From an uncultured Victivallis sp. (GTDB taxonomy: Bacteria > Verrucomicrobiota > Lentisphaeria > Victivallales > GWF2-50-93), in contig CAZRKP010000004.1 in assembly GCA_964600895.1 (NCBI GenBank), positions 125,321 through 189,320 of the forward strand: DNA of 64,000 nucleotides, read 5' to 3'. The notes beneath the pieces are model-generated. The model did not search any database. It was not told the DNA's origin and was given only the letters and a program-made list of their open reading frames with translations. Position numbers and translations under genes: made by a program. Below, piece after piece: positions 63,914 to 64,000 of this stretch. The number at the start of each line of letters is the position of its first letter. Within the stretch, counting starts at the first letter, position 1.

Positions 63914-64000
63914 ATGATATACAGGATCATGCTACTTCTACTATTTGCAGTTGCGGCTAATTCCGCCGACATGGATTTCAGCATCAATCCCGACCAGGTA
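63914..64000 (+). CDS. partial CDS (5' end only), exported protein
   Basis: AAGGAG lies 5 nt upstream of ATG at 63914. The translation MIYRIMLLLLFAVAANSADMDFSINPDQV looks like a signal peptide. The ORF is open to the window end. Confidence 0.4.
   Translation, partial: MIYRIMLLLLFAVAANSADMDFSINPDQV

Noticed and set aside
1-64000. rRNA, tRNA, tmRNA, transposase, integrase, phage, toxin-antitoxin or defence-system genes.
   Set aside because: I found no sequence with the corresponding hallmarks while reading both strands. The gene-free gaps are short and are occupied by repeats or palindromes. A tRNAscan/Infernal run would be needed to exclude small RNAs formally.

Overview
The window is a dense, gene-packed carbohydrate-utilisation region. 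I call about 45 CDS, 2 pseudogenes or gene remnants and 2 partial CDS at the window edges. I found no rRNA, tRNA, CRISPR array, transposase, integrase or phage gene.

Gene content:
- Secreted glycan-active enzymes dominate: PL8 lyase, GH88/105, two GH5, two GH29, GH16, GH2, a GH28 pseudogene, a clan GH-A enzyme with CBM-like domains, a beta-helix protein, CE7, SASA/SGNH/DUF4886 esterases and a PHB-depolymerase-type esterase.
- These are interleaved with six one-component regulators (2 AraC, 2 LacI, 2 chimeric GntR-type) and three FAD-dependent oxidoreductases.
- A short housekeeping stretch carries an L,D-transpeptidase, a LOG-family protein, a Zn alcohol dehydrogenase and MscS.

Most unusual signal: six orphan prepilin-like genes share the N-terminus [22 protein letters not shown] and a C-terminal H..N....D[G/L/A]H motif. 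Each sits on the same strand inside a different CAZyme operon, and three lie directly downstream of, or overlap, a regulator gene. No pilus or T2SS machinery gene is present in the window. None of the six has the canonical Gly at the -1 cleavage position. Two of them carry long leaders encoded by two blocks of tandem heptanucleotide repeats.

Other notable features:
- A four-copy double-hairpin REP-like element.
- A roughly 234-bp nested-palindrome MITE-like element, with related solo motifs at other intergenic sites.
- A GH28 gene interrupted by one in-frame TAG.
- A 66-codon remnant of a quinone oxidoreductase.
- A tandem pair of FAD-oxidoreductase paralogs.
- A TPR-AAA+ / TPR-membrane gene pair with an ATGA overlap.

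The abundance of FTLIELL/H-X9-DG-type proteins suggests a PVC-superphylum origin (Lentisphaerota, Verrucomicrobiota or Kiritimatiellota-like). This is inference only. All family assignments come from motif recognition by eye, not from searches.
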